A stretch of 32,000 bases of DNA. Origin: Candidatus Jordarchaeales archaeon. GTDB lineage: Archaea; Asgardarchaeota; Jordiarchaeia; Jordiarchaeales; Freyrarchaeaceae. A model generated the notes under the pieces. That model saw only the letters and a list, made by a program, of their open reading frames with translations. It made no database searches and had not been told where the DNA came from. A program made the translations under genes and the position numbers. The stretch covers positions 59,987-91,986 of the forward strand of contig JAWCFL010000002.1 of NCBI GenBank assembly GCA_038858525.1. The letters run 5' to 3'. Every line of letters starts with the position of its first letter. Within the stretch, counting starts at the first letter, position 1. Shown piece after piece: positions 17,486-26,977 of the stretch.

Positions 17486-18022
17486 TTAATTTGTTTCCGT
17501 ACTTTCTGTAAGCTCCGACTTTTTTATTCTCCACCTTAATTGAAGCTTAAGTTTCTTCACGTCATATGGCAGGCCGAAGTAATCTGCGAAAAGCTCTGTC
17601 GTATATAGGATCTTTGTTCTTCCCTCGATCTTTCCATCTACAAACCCTAATCCCTCAAGTCTTTTTATGTGAACGTAGGCAGCGCTTCCCCTAGCCTTAG
17701 CCACCTGTGACTGCTTTACTGGCTGCATAAGAGCGATATACGCCAGAGTCTTAAGCTCCCCTAAAGAGAGTAAACCCCCCGGCACAATGTCCCTCACTTT
17801 TGGAGAGTAAGTTGCTCTAAGCTGCATCGCGTAACGTGAACCCGGGAGCTCAACGATCTCGATGGCGCTGTTCCTCATATTGTACTCCTTCATCATCTCC
17901 GATACAACTTTTCTCACCTGGCTACCTTCAACACCCGCTATCTTGGAAATTTGGCTTAATGTTAATGGTCTACCCGCAGCGTAAAGAGCAGCCTCAACTA
18001 TCGCCTTAACATTCTCCTCCAT
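17486..18022 (-). CDS. scpB: Segregation and condensation protein B (kite)
   Basis: VEAALYAAGRPLTL, LKTLAYIALMQPVKQS, YTTELFADYFGL. Confidence 0.93.
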   Translation of the reverse strand: MEENVKAIVEAALYAAGRPLTLSQISKIAGVEGSQVRKVVSEMMKEYNMRNSAIEIVELPGSRYAMQLRATYSPKVRDIVPGGLLSLGELKTLAYIALMQPVKQSQVAKARGSAAYVHIKRLEGLGFVDGKIEGRTKILYTTELFADYFGLPYDVKKLKLQLRWRIKKSELTESTETN

Positions 18023-18702
18023 TTTTCACCCTCCATAACGTATATTTCACCTCCCGGCTTTTCCTGCCAAATGTGAATCAGGTTTTTGAAAGCAAGGAAA
18101 AGAAGGGCGAGGAACGTTTCAATAAGACTTTCAAGGCTTCCATCAGTTAGGCTTGAAAAAGTGGTGATCTCTTGCTGGGCAGAAATAACTCTTGAGTACA
18201 CCTCACTCGCTTTAGCCTCCACGTCCCACTCGTCGTGAAGCGCCTCTAGAACTACTTCCTCAGGCTTTGATTCTTCCACCGTTAATGATGCCTTTTTCTC
18301 CCTTAACCGATTATCCTGCTTGGTTTCCGCTAGAAGGGCTTGTTGTAGGGCAAACAAAAGCTCTGCAAGAGTCACTTTGCGGCTCGTTATTCTGAAGGGC
18401 ATGGGTATCGGAGGTATGTCCACTCTACTAGTGCCTTCCTCCACTTTTTCGCCGTCACCGTTTCCTCCATAAGCCAACTGAAGAAGTAACTCTGACTTTA
18501 GACGATGAATTATTGATGCAGACAGAAGCGCTTTTCCTGAAATCCAGTAGTTAAGACACTCCATTTCACGCATCTTTTCCAAGAAGCTAATGATAAGCTC
18601 AGCAACATCGATATTCCACGGGTCATCACTTACCCTTGACGGGTCTATGAGAATCGACCATGGAGGTTCAAGCCAGAATGGCTTCTCATCGCGACCGCTC
18701 AT
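17998..18702 (-). CDS. scpA: Segregation and condensation protein A (kleisin)
   Basis: DPWNIDVAELIISFL, SGKALLSASIIHRLKSE, C-terminal FLALLFLAFKNLIHIWQEKPGGEIYV; start at ATG 18702, directly after smc stop. Confidence 0.9.
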   Translation of the reverse strand: MSGRDEKPFWLEPPWSILIDPSRVSDDPWNIDVAELIISFLEKMREMECLNYWISGKALLSASIIHRLKSELLLQLAYGGNGDGEKVEEGTSRVDIPPIPMPFRITSRKVTLAELLFALQQALLAETKQDNRLREKKASLTVEESKPEEVVLEALHDEWDVEAKASEVYSRVISAQQEITTFSSLTDGSLESLIETFLALLFLAFKNLIHIWQEKPGGEIYVMEGEKWRRMLRR

Positions 18703-18706
18703 GCCT

Positions 18707-21700
18707 TCACGCTGCAACTTCCCCTCCACCCCCATACTGCTCTTCTAACTGTTTTAGATTCGCATCGATGGAGAATACACAGGATGAACCATTCATGTAT
18801 GTAACACCGATTATCTGGTCTGCCTTTTTCATTGTAGCCTTTCTCAGCGACACAACGATGAACTGCGACGTTTTTGACAGCTCTTTTATTAAGTCTGCTA
18901 CCCTACTGGAGTTTTGCTCATCGAGAAATGCGTCGATCTCATCCATAACATAGAATGGAGCGGGGTGATACTGTTGTATGGCGAATATGAGCGCAAGTGA
19001 CGTGATCGATTTTTCGCCACCTGACATTAACTCTAACCGCTTGACCTCCTTCCCTGCCGGGGAAGCCTCTATGATCACGCCACCCGAGAAGGGGTCTATC
19101 GGGTTTTCTAGGACAAAACGCGCGCTACCACCAGGGGATAACGAGGAAAAGATTTGTTTGAAGTTTTTCTCTATGGCGTAGAAAGTTGAGAGGAAAGTGT
19201 TTCTTTTGTCTTTCTCAACCTCTTTTATGAAGCTCAGAATACTCTCTCTTTCCTCGATAAGTTTATTCCTCTTACTTATAAGCTCCTCATACCTCTTCCT
19301 TTCTTTCTCGTAAAGTTCTATTGCAAGCATGTTCACCGGCTCAAGACTCTTCTTTTCCTTCTCCTTAGACTTGATCATTTCGTCAAGCTCTCTGAAATCC
19401 ACAGAGTCGATGTCTTCGAAGGAGTATGAGCTGTAATCCTCAGCTTGCTTCTTCAGCTCGTTTAATGTTTCTTCCAAAAAGGACTTCTCAACTTCAGCTC
19501 CTCTCGCCTCCAACTCTAATTCCTTAACTTTTTCACTTGTTTTTTCTAGCTCGACGGAAAGATTAGAAACCTCCTTCTCAAGCTTCTCCCGCTCCGTCCT
19601 AATCTTCACCAGCTTATCTTCAAGCTCTGCCCTTCTTCTCTCTAAAGACGTTACTTCGCTCATCAACATATCCAAATCTTCTTTGGTAGCATTCAAGTCC
19701 GATTCTACGTTATCCATTTCAACCTTAACTTTTGAAAGTTCTCTCTCCTTCTCTCTGAGTAATCCCATAAGGTGCTCTCCTATCAAAGTCTGTTTCTCCG
19801 CTATCTTGACTTCTAGCTGACCAAGCTTGTCTTTAAGAGTTAGCATCTCTTTCTCTAATTCTCTTATCTGGTTTTGAAGAGCTGCAGTCTTTGACATTGA
19901 AGCAGCTTCTTCTAAGCGCGATATGCTCTCATTTGTTAGAGAAATACGAGAACGCACACCATATAGTAATTCTACAACCTTTCTCAGCTCTTCCTCCTTT
20001 TTGGCGTTCTCCTCAACGTACCTTTTTACCTCTTCCTCGAGCTCGTTAACTTCTCCTTCTAAGCTAGAAATTCTTTCATTTAGCTCCCTAATTCTGGCCT
20101 CATGAACGTAGACTTCTCTCTCAGCCTGCTTGAGCTCGCGTGTAATGTTTTGCTTGCGAGTAACTAAGCTCTTGATGCTCATCATAATGGACGCTCTTAG
20201 TTCCTCCATGCCTTTCAGTTCATTTTCTAACTTAGGTAGTTCCCCCGGCTCTTGAAGAAAGACAGCCTGCCTCTTTTGAATATGCCCTCCAACCATTACA
20301 CCTGACGTTTCAAGAATCTCTCCTTCAAGAGTCACTTTCCTTGCTTTAACGTTATGCAGCCGGCGCGCCACATCTAAACCTTTAACAATTATCGTGTTGC
20401 CGAAAACGTATTCAAAAGCAGGCCTAAACTTTTCGTCGAACTCAATGAGGTCAACGGCAGCTCCGACCACTCCCTTATCGTCTTCAACTACTGGCCGCGG
20501 CCTAGAACGTATCAGATTCAATGGGATAAAAGTTGCCCGCCCCAACCCGTTTTTCTTAAGGAAATTTATGCATTCAACAGCCACTTCATCATTCTCCACT
20601 ACGATGTAGTTAAGGCGTTGTCCTGCTGCAGCCTCAAGAGCCAGCGCATATTCTTCTCTAGTTTTGCCAAGCTCCGCTATAGTGCCATAAATTCCCTTTA
20701 AAACCCCCTTGTCACGTAGCTTTAAGATCTCATAGACTGCCGACTGAGACCTAAGTATACGCTCCCTTTCCTCGTTTATTGCCCTTATTCGGATTATTTC
20801 TTCCCTTAACTTTTGAAGTAAAGCCTCAACTTCCCTCAGCTCCCGCCCCTTCCTCCCCTCTTCAGCCTCAACTTCCCTCAGCTCGCTGGAAAGCGCCTTT
20901 TCTCTCTCTTCTTCCTTCCTCTTTTCTTCTCCCAGCAGGGCTAGCTCTCTTTTCATACTCTCGAGAGCATTTCTTAACCCATCTAACCTTTTCTTCTTCA
21001 TTAAAAGACTGGCCTGACCATTTGCAAGTTCTCTTTCAATGATCTTCTTTTCAGCCTCGAGCCGCGCCTCTTCCTTCCTTAACCCGTCAAGCTCTACTCT
21101 AAAACGATCCAATTCCTCCCTAACTTTCACATACTCCGTATCCACACTTGCCGCCTGCTCGTATAATGCTTCTAGGACGCGCTGCTTAGCATCAGTCTCT
21201 TCACTCAGCCTCTTACGTTCTGCTAAAGCCTCTTCCAGTGCCCTACTTTCCTCCATCAGCCTGTTCTTAATGGATTCTATCTCTCTCTTCAGCGATTCAA
21301 AACGATTAAGTCTCTCCGCCAACTCCTTCTCCTTAAAACTCACAGTAATCTTCTTCTCGGAAGCCGCCTTCCTTTTCTCATTCAGCTCTGACACTAAATT
21401 TCGGATATTCTCCTCAACAAGTGCAATTTCCGCATCTAAAAGCCTAGCGTCCTCAACAGCTTTCTGTTTCCTATCCTGAAGATCCCCCATCTTATTTTGG
21501 AGAACCCTTATTTTCTCTCTCTTCTCGTTTATTTCCTCCATCACCCTTCTCAACTTCTCGCTTTCCCTTTTCAGCTGAGCAAGGCAAAACTTAGCTCTAA
21601 GCGCTCTTATCTCCTCATCCAGCTGCTTATACTTGAGCGCCCCCTCCCTCTCCCTAGCCAACCTCTCCACTATGCTCTGCACTTCTCTAACTTGGGCAAG

Positions 21701-22291
21701 GTTCTCCCTTAGGTTCTGCTCTGCAACCTCCAGCTCCTTTTGCGCTTTCTCCTTCTTCTCATCAAAAGAAGCTATTCCAGCTATGTCTTCGAAAAGCCTC
21801 CTTATTTCGACAGGACCCTTACGTATCACCTCCAAAATTTCTCCTTGAGGAATCATGTTGTAACCGTCAGGGCTTATGCCTGCAGCCTCCAACAAATCAA
21901 CTATCTGACTTCTCGACACTACGCGTCCGTTAAGCCTATACACTCCCTTTCCATCCAAGTCTATTTGACGCGTTATCACCACGGTATCCGCGTCTACGGG
22001 AATACGCCTATCCACGTTGTCGAGATAGAGACTGACCGTAGCGTACTTAGCGGCTTTTCCGCCTCCACCTTTAGAGTAAAATATAAGGTCAGAGAAGCTT
22101 CCCGCTCTCATAGACTTGGCGCTCAGCATGCCTATACCAAAGCGAATAGCGTCGAGAAGATTACTTTTGCCTGACCCGTTAGGCCCAACTACAACTACAA
22201 ATCCCTTCGAGAAGTTAACTGTAACCTTACGATTACCAAACGACTTGAAGCCTCTAATCACTATTTTTTTGATGTGAACCGTGGCCACCAC
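18707..22291 (-). CDS. smc: Chromosome segregation protein SMC
   Basis: Walker A GPNGSGKSN, hinge GRATFIPL and RKVTLEGE, signature MSGGEKS, Walker B/D-loop MDEIDAFLD, long coiled coils. Confidence 0.98.
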   Translation of the reverse strand: MVATVHIKKIVIRGFKSFGNRKVTVNFSKGFVVVVGPNGSGKSNLLDAIRFGIGMLSAKSMRAGSFSDLIFYSKGGGGKAAKYATVSLYLDNVDRRIPVDADTVVITRQIDLDGKGVYRLNGRVVSRSQIVDLLEAAGISPDGYNMIPQGEILEVIRKGPVEIRRLFEDIAGIASFDEKKEKAQKELEVAEQNLRENLAQVREVQSIVERLAREREGALKYKQLDEEIRALRAKFCLAQLKRESEKLRRVMEEINEKREKIRVLQNKMGDLQDRKQKAVEDARLLDAEIALVEENIRNLVSELNEKRKAASEKKITVSFKEKELAERLNRFESLKREIESIKNRLMEESRALEEALAERKRLSEETDAKQRVLEALYEQAASVDTEYVKVREELDRFRVELDGLRKEEARLEAEKKIIERELANGQASLLMKKKRLDGLRNALESMKRELALLGEEKRKEEEREKALSSELREVEAEEGRKGRELREVEALLQKLREEIIRIRAINEERERILRSQSAVYEILKLRDKGVLKGIYGTIAELGKTREEYALALEAAAGQRLNYIVVENDEVAVECINFLKKNGLGRATFIPLNLIRSRPRPVVEDDKGVVGAAVDLIEFDEKFRPAFEYVFGNTIIVKGLDVARRLHNVKARKVTLEGEILETSGVMVGGHIQKRQAVFLQEPGELPKLENELKGMEELRASIMMSIKSLVTRKQNITRELKQAEREVYVHEARIRELNERISSLEGEVNELEEEVKRYVEENAKKEEELRKVVELLYGVRSRISLTNESISRLEEAASMSKTAALQNQIRELEKEMLTLKDKLGQLEVKIAEKQTLIGEHLMGLLREKERELSKVKVEMDNVESDLNATKEDLDMLMSEVTSLERRRAELEDKLVKIRTEREKLEKEVSNLSVELEKTSEKVKELELEARGAEVEKSFLEETLNELKKQAEDYSSYSFEDIDSVDFRELDEMIKSKEKEKKSLEPVNMLAIELYEKERKRYEELISKRNKLIEERESILSFIKEVEKDKRNTFLSTFYAIEKNFKQIFSSLSPGGSARFVLENPIDPFSGGVIIEASPAGKEVKRLELMSGGEKSITSLALIFAIQQYHPAPFYVMDEIDAFLDEQNSSRVADLIKELSKTSQFIVVSLRKATMKKADQIIGVTYMNGSSCVFSIDANLKQLEEQYGGGGEVAA

Positions 22292-22653
22292 CCGCCCGGA
22301 GCATGGAGAAATAATGCTCCTCTAAATTTAAGAAAAGATATTACGTAGGTAATACTTGCATAAAGCAACAGAGCTCGACTAACTAAAGGAGTTATCAGAG
22401 GTTTCTGGAGCCGAACTTTCTTTGGTTACTGTGAGAAGCTGGCGTCCTACTCCTGAAGGGATAAAGGCGATGGCTTAACGCCATAGTTTTTAGTTGGCGG
22501 TTGATGGCGAAAGCTCTCTAAACATGAGAGCTAAGAAATAAGAAGGGGAATAACATTTAGGATCTATGAGGAACACATTAACCTTGAGAATCATGAAAAT
22601 ATGTGAAACTAGTTTGCTGTATGAGTTGGAAGGCTGAACGAGTCCTTCTAAGG

Positions 22654-23496
22654 CTATGTGTAATAGGTTTCGGTTGGTTCTCTTTCACGCTCATCCCTAA
22701 GTGAGGTCATGATTCTTCTCATTATTTCTGGCGGAACTGCTTCCTCTTTCTTTATTTCCTTCTCCATCTTTTCGGCATGTTTTTCTAAGAAGCTTGTGTC
22801 GACTTTTAATCCGTATTTGGCGCAGAGCACGTCTATTATGGCTTTAGATGAGCGGGGGTTAAAGGTTATCCCGGAGTGCCCCTCAGCCAACAGGGAGACT
22901 CCTTCTATACCGTATTGGGGGGCTAGGAGGGGAATTGTTCCGTTTAACCCCGAGATTCGTCCTCCTCTAAGAGGAACGACGTTTTCTATCGAGAGGAAGT
23001 CTTCCAGCAACTTTTTGTTTGTGGCTGAAACATAAACTTTGGGACTTTTCACGTAATGAGTTGCTCCGAAACAACCGAGGGATATTATAGTTTCGACCGA
23101 AAGCTTTTGCATTAGGTGAAGGAGGATGTGGGCGATAAGGTTACTACCTAGAGGAGTGAATGGCTGAGTATATGACGATACGAAAAGGTAATCTCTATTA
23201 TCGCCTCTCATTAGGTGTAGGAATATCGAGAAGGAGTCAAACCAGTTCGCGAAAACGCCATCTTCAACTAAAGCCACGGCAGGTATGTCTAGGTTTGGAA
23301 TTTGGAGTATGGGACGGGCCTTAAGTTTTGTAGCCATGTAGTCAACCGCTACAAGACCCACATTCCCTATACCGGCAAAGCCTTGAAACACTACGGGTCT
23401 CTTCAAATCTAACTTGTCGATGTCAATCCCCTTCTTAAGAACTCTAACTTTTAATAAATCTCCAAGCTTCAAGTTTTCTAAGTTCATCTTAGCCAT
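22654..23496 (-). CDS. PAC2-family proteasome assembly chaperone/activator (Pba-like)
   Basis: VFQGFAGIGNVGLVAVDYM, GRISGLNG, GVSLLAE; C-terminal YYT is an HbYX motif. Confidence 0.85.
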   Translation of the reverse strand: MAKMNLENLKLGDLLKVRVLKKGIDIDKLDLKRPVVFQGFAGIGNVGLVAVDYMATKLKARPILQIPNLDIPAVALVEDGVFANWFDSFSIFLHLMRGDNRDYLFVSSYTQPFTPLGSNLIAHILLHLMQKLSVETIISLGCFGATHYVKSPKVYVSATNKKLLEDFLSIENVVPLRGGRISGLNGTIPLLAPQYGIEGVSLLAEGHSGITFNPRSSKAIIDVLCAKYGLKVDTSFLEKHAEKMEKEIKKEEAVPPEIMRRIMTSLRDEREREPTETYYT

Positions 23497-23715
23497 CCCA
23501 AGCTTCTTTTTTCAGTTAACATTATATGGCAACTAATTTCAACTTTTCTATACCAATAGACATGCAATGTTTTGGAGGAAGACAAAAGTGTTCTAATAGG
23601 AACAAATATGGAATTTAAAAGTTTTTCATGGCACGATACATTTTTTAAAAAATGTTCTTTCTGTCTTTTTGTTGCTTTTAGCATTACAGGCAGAATAAGC
23701 AGGGAGGTGCACTGG

Positions 23716-23886
23716 TTGAAAGCGACTTGTCCCGAATGCTACTTTGAATTCGATGTGGAAGGAGAAGTGATGATTGGGGAGATAATCGACTGCCCTGATT
23801 GTGGCGTCGAACTAGAAGTGGTTAGTGTTGATGAAGACAAAGTTGTATTGCAAACGGTTGCCGTAGAAGAAGACTGGGGCGAATAA
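23716..23886 (+). CDS. lysW: Amino-group carrier protein LysW
   Basis: CPEC and CPDCGVELEV zinc knuckles, C-terminal EEDWGE; TTG 23716 after SD GGAGGTG. Confidence 0.96.
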   Translation: MKATCPECYFEFDVEGEVMIGEIIDCPDCGVELEVVSVDEDKVVLQTVAVEEDWGE

Positions 23887-23890
23887 GGTT

Positions 23891-24736
23891 ATGATTCTCG
23901 GAATAGTTCATAATAGAATTGCATGGGAAGAAAAAGAGATAATAGAAGCGGCAAAGCGTAAGAATGTGACCGTGAAGTTATTTGATAGTAGAAACATGGA
24001 GGTTGACGTAACAGGCGACAAATGCGATTATGGAGTTGATGTTTTCCTTCAGAGGTCCATCAGTTACACTAAGGGATTGTACTTTACACTAGTTTTGGAG
24101 GCAATGGGATACAGAGTGGTTAACTCGTATAAGTGCCAAGAGGTGTGCGGTGACAAGCTTAAGACGACTATTGCGCTCAAACAGGCTGGACTTCCATTGC
24201 CAAAAACACGCTTAGCGTTATCATGCGATGCAGCAATGAAGGCGTTGGAAAAAATTGGTTATCCCTCGGTTATTAAACCATTGATAGGGAGCTGGGGCCG
24301 CCTAGTAGCTATACTTAATGATCCATCTTCGGCTAAGGCAATATTAGAAACAAGAGAAACGCTAGGCGACAGTATACATAAGATCTATTACCTTCAGGAG
24401 TATGTTAATCACAACTCGCGAGATTTAAGAGTTTTTGTTGTCGGAGACGAAGTTGTGGCGGCAATGTACCGGTACACTATTCCTGGTGATTGGAGGAGTA
24501 ATGCTACGATAGGCGGTAGGACTGAGGCGTGCAAGGTGACGGACGAGATAGAGGACATGGCGTTAAGAGCTGCGAAAGCGACCTTCAGCGAAATAGCAGG
24601 AGTCGACCTGCTTGAAGGAGACGGAGTTTTGCTTCTCAACGAGGTCAACCATAACCCGGGATTCCAACACCTCGCCGCAGTAACGAAAGTTGACATAGCA
24701 GGAAAAATCATAGATTACTTGAAAGAAAACACGTAA
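23891..24736 (+). CDS. lysX: LysW ligase LysX/ArgX (ATP-grasp, RimK family)
   Basis: IKPLIGSWGRLV, YYLQEYV, DWRSNATIGG, NEVNHNPGF; directly follows lysW. Aminoadipate versus glutamate specificity not determinable. Confidence 0.93.
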   Translation: MILGIVHNRIAWEEKEIIEAAKRKNVTVKLFDSRNMEVDVTGDKCDYGVDVFLQRSISYTKGLYFTLVLEAMGYRVVNSYKCQEVCGDKLKTTIALKQAGLPLPKTRLALSCDAAMKALEKIGYPSVIKPLIGSWGRLVAILNDPSSAKAILETRETLGDSIHKIYYLQEYVNHNSRDLRVFVVGDEVVAAMYRYTIPGDWRSNATIGGRTEACKVTDEIEDMALRAAKATFSEIAGVDLLEGDGVLLLNEVNHNPGFQHLAAVTKVDIAGKIIDYLKENT

Positions 24737-24934
24737 AAATCATCCTCATTGTATTTATAAATTGTTTCTCATCTGTCATTAAAGGATAAAGACGACTAGT
24801 GTTGCTTCTCAAATACCGATTGTGATGTGAATTTCATTGATAAGTAGAGTATTTCGGGTCTTTCTTTGTGAATATAATATTAAGGTTGAACTAGAGTTCT
24901 TTCCGAGAACGAAACAAACTCGGAATTAATTCAC

Positions 24935-25065
24935 GAGGTAACAGGAAAATGTGCGTTCCGGCTCTCCTTACTAGATAAATTTAATGGAAGGTGCATCGAT
25001 TGTTGTTCGGAACATGGACAATGTTCCAGTTAAATGAGGAGAAACAGCCTAATTCGGCGCATCAG
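24935..25065 (+). pseudogene. Probable eroded 3' remnant of lysY/argC
   Basis: With two frameshifts reads LD-NLMEGASIVVRNMD-MFQLNE, resembling the LysY/ArgC C-terminal DNLxKGAxGQAVQNMNxMFGLxE, at the position lysY usually occupies. Confidence 0.5.
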
Positions 25066-25091
25066 ACAAATGTAGGTAGGATGGTGTTACT

Positions 25092-25892
25092 ATGAAAATA
25101 GTGGTCAAGATAGGTGGAAGCTTGGCTGATGATGGATTGGAGAAGGTCATAATGAATGTCTCTGTCGCTACTGTGGGTAATCAGATGGTTGTAGTTCATG
25201 GTGGAGGCCCACAAATCAATGATCTCTCTGAGAGATTAGGTAAGAAGCCTGTTTATGTCACGGCGCCGAGCGGTTTTAAAAGCAGGTATACTGATGAGGA
25301 AACGAGGAACATAGCTGTGATGGCTATGGTTGGAAACGTTAACAAGAAAATAGTATCTCTTCTAAATCTGCGAGGGGTTCCTGCAGTAGGTATCTCGGGT
25401 GCTGATGGGCCGACGCTTATAGCTAAAAGAAAGGACAAACTGATAGTTCAGGAAGGGGAGAAGAAAAGAGTTCTAAGAGGCGACTATAGTGGAAAGATCG
25501 ATGAGGCAAACGGCGAGTTAATTTCACTTCTTGTCTCGCTGGGATACGTGCCTGTGGTAGCGCCAATAGCTATGAGTAGTGACGGAGAGCTTGTCAATGT
25601 AGACGGCGATAGGGCTGCCGCCTATATCGCTAAAGCCATAAACGCCGATGTGCTAGTATCAGTAACTGACGTTCCCGGGTTGATCCTAGACGGCGAAGTT
25701 GTAAGACGATTATCAATGAATGAGGCTGAAAAATTGGTCCCTATGATTGAGGGAGGGATGAGAAAGAAGATCTTCGCGGCTTTAGAGGCGCTAAAAATCG
25801 GAGTTCCTGCCATCGTTATATGTAGCGGATTAATGGAAAATGCCGTAGTAAGCGCGATTAGGATGGAGAGTGGAACGGTGATCACTAAATGA
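25092..25892 (+). CDS. lysZ: [LysW]-aminoadipate/glutamate kinase
   Basis: VVKIGGS, VVHGGG, SRYTDEET, GDYSGKI, VNVDGDRAAA, GGMRKKIFAA. Confidence 0.93.
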   Translation: MKIVVKIGGSLADDGLEKVIMNVSVATVGNQMVVVHGGGPQINDLSERLGKKPVYVTAPSGFKSRYTDEETRNIAVMAMVGNVNKKIVSLLNLRGVPAVGISGADGPTLIAKRKDKLIVQEGEKKRVLRGDYSGKIDEANGELISLLVSLGYVPVVAPIAMSSDGELVNVDGDRAAAYIAKAINADVLVSVTDVPGLILDGEVVRRLSMNEAEKLVPMIEGGMRKKIFAALEALKIGVPAIVICSGLMENAVVSAIRMESGTVITK

Positions 25893-26977
25893 TGGATGCC
25901 GTAGGATTTCTTATAGAGCTACTGGAGATACCAAGCCCGTCTGGGGAAGAAAGGAAGATCATTTCTTTCATTGCAAGGCGCCTAGAGGAGTGGGGGTATT
26001 GTGCAGAAGTGGATCGAGTTGGTAACGTTGTGGCTCAGCTCGGTGAGGGAGAACCCATACTGCTTTTAGCGTCTCATGTAGACACCGTTCCTGGTTTTCT
26101 TCCTGTAAGGGAGGAAAACGGTAGAGTGCTCGGAAGAGGAGCTGTTGACGCGAAGGCGTCCATTGCAGCCATGGCGATCGCTGGGGTGGAGGCCTTCCGA
26201 CGGAAGCCTAAGGGCAAAATAATATTTGCTGGAGTCGTGGAGGAGGAGGCAAGTCTTAAGGGAATACAGTCTCTCCTCGAGGGGCTTCCACGCATAGATT
26301 ATGCTATTTTTGGCGAGCCAACGGGGCTGAGCAAAGTTTGCTTAGCGTCTAAAGGCAGGTTGCTACTCAAAATAGACGTGCATACCAGCAGTGGGCACGT
26401 AGCGTGTTCTTGGATGCATAAAAACGCTGTCGAGGAGGCATTTAACCTCTGGCTTTCACTTAAGAATGCGCTATCGATTACTGGAAGCTCTTATTTCTCT
26501 TCTGTAACTCCAAACTTAACTATTCTTCAAGGAGGAAACGCTCCAAACGTTGTCCCTGAACATTGCTCATTTCACGTTGATGTTAGGTTTCCACCCAACG
26601 TGAGTTCATCTCACCTTCTGGAAGTAAGTAGCAAGGTGATAGATTCATTTGTGAAAAGTAGTGGGGTAAAAGTCGACTATAGCGTTCTAAGCCAGATAGA
26701 GGGGTTCAGAGCCAATAAGCGCTCAAAACTCGTAGAGGCACTCGTAAAGTCTATACGTGAAGAGACAGGAGAGGAGGCAAAATTCATCAAGAAAACAGGG
26801 ACATGCTTCATGAACCTGATAGGAAAATGGTTTAATGTGCCGGTAGTAGGCTACGGTCCAGGCGACCCGGCGCTTGAACACACCGAGGAGGAAAGCATAC
26901 AAGTGGAGGAGTATTTAGCGGCGATAAAGGTGCTGGCTAGGACAATAAATTATGTTTTATCAGAGGACCAGCATTAA
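25889..26977 (+). CDS. lysK: [LysW]-lysine/ornithine hydrolase (M20 metallopeptidase)
   Basis: SPSGEE, HVDTV, GRGAVDAKAS, VEEE, GEP, YGPGDPALEHT; lies in the LysW cluster. Confidence 0.88.
   Translation: MMDAVGFLIELLEIPSPSGEERKIISFIARRLEEWGYCAEVDRVGNVVAQLGEGEPILLLASHVDTVPGFLPVREENGRVLGRGAVDAKASIAAMAIAGVEAFRRKPKGKIIFAGVVEEEASLKGIQSLLEGLPRIDYAIFGEPTGLSKVCLASKGRLLLKIDVHTSSGHVACSWMHKNAVEEAFNLWLSLKNALSITGSSYFSSVTPNLTILQGGNAPNVVPEHCSFHVDVRFPPNVSSSHLLEVSSKVIDSFVKSSGVKVDYSVLSQIEGFRANKRSKLVEALVKSIREETGEEAKFIKKTGTCFMNLIGKWFNVPVVGYGPGDPALEHTEEESIQVEEYLAAIKVLARTINYVLSEDQH

Noticed and set aside
19300-21720. Repetitive low-complexity sequence (e.g. CTCAACTTCCCTCAGCTC twice near 20827-20885)
   Set aside because: Reflects SMC coiled-coil heptads (ELREVEA repeated), not a DNA repeat element or CRISPR array
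22560-22640. C/D box sRNA (ATGAGGA ... CTGA)
   Set aside because: Internal D'/C' boxes are poor and the second guide would be about 34 nt, too long
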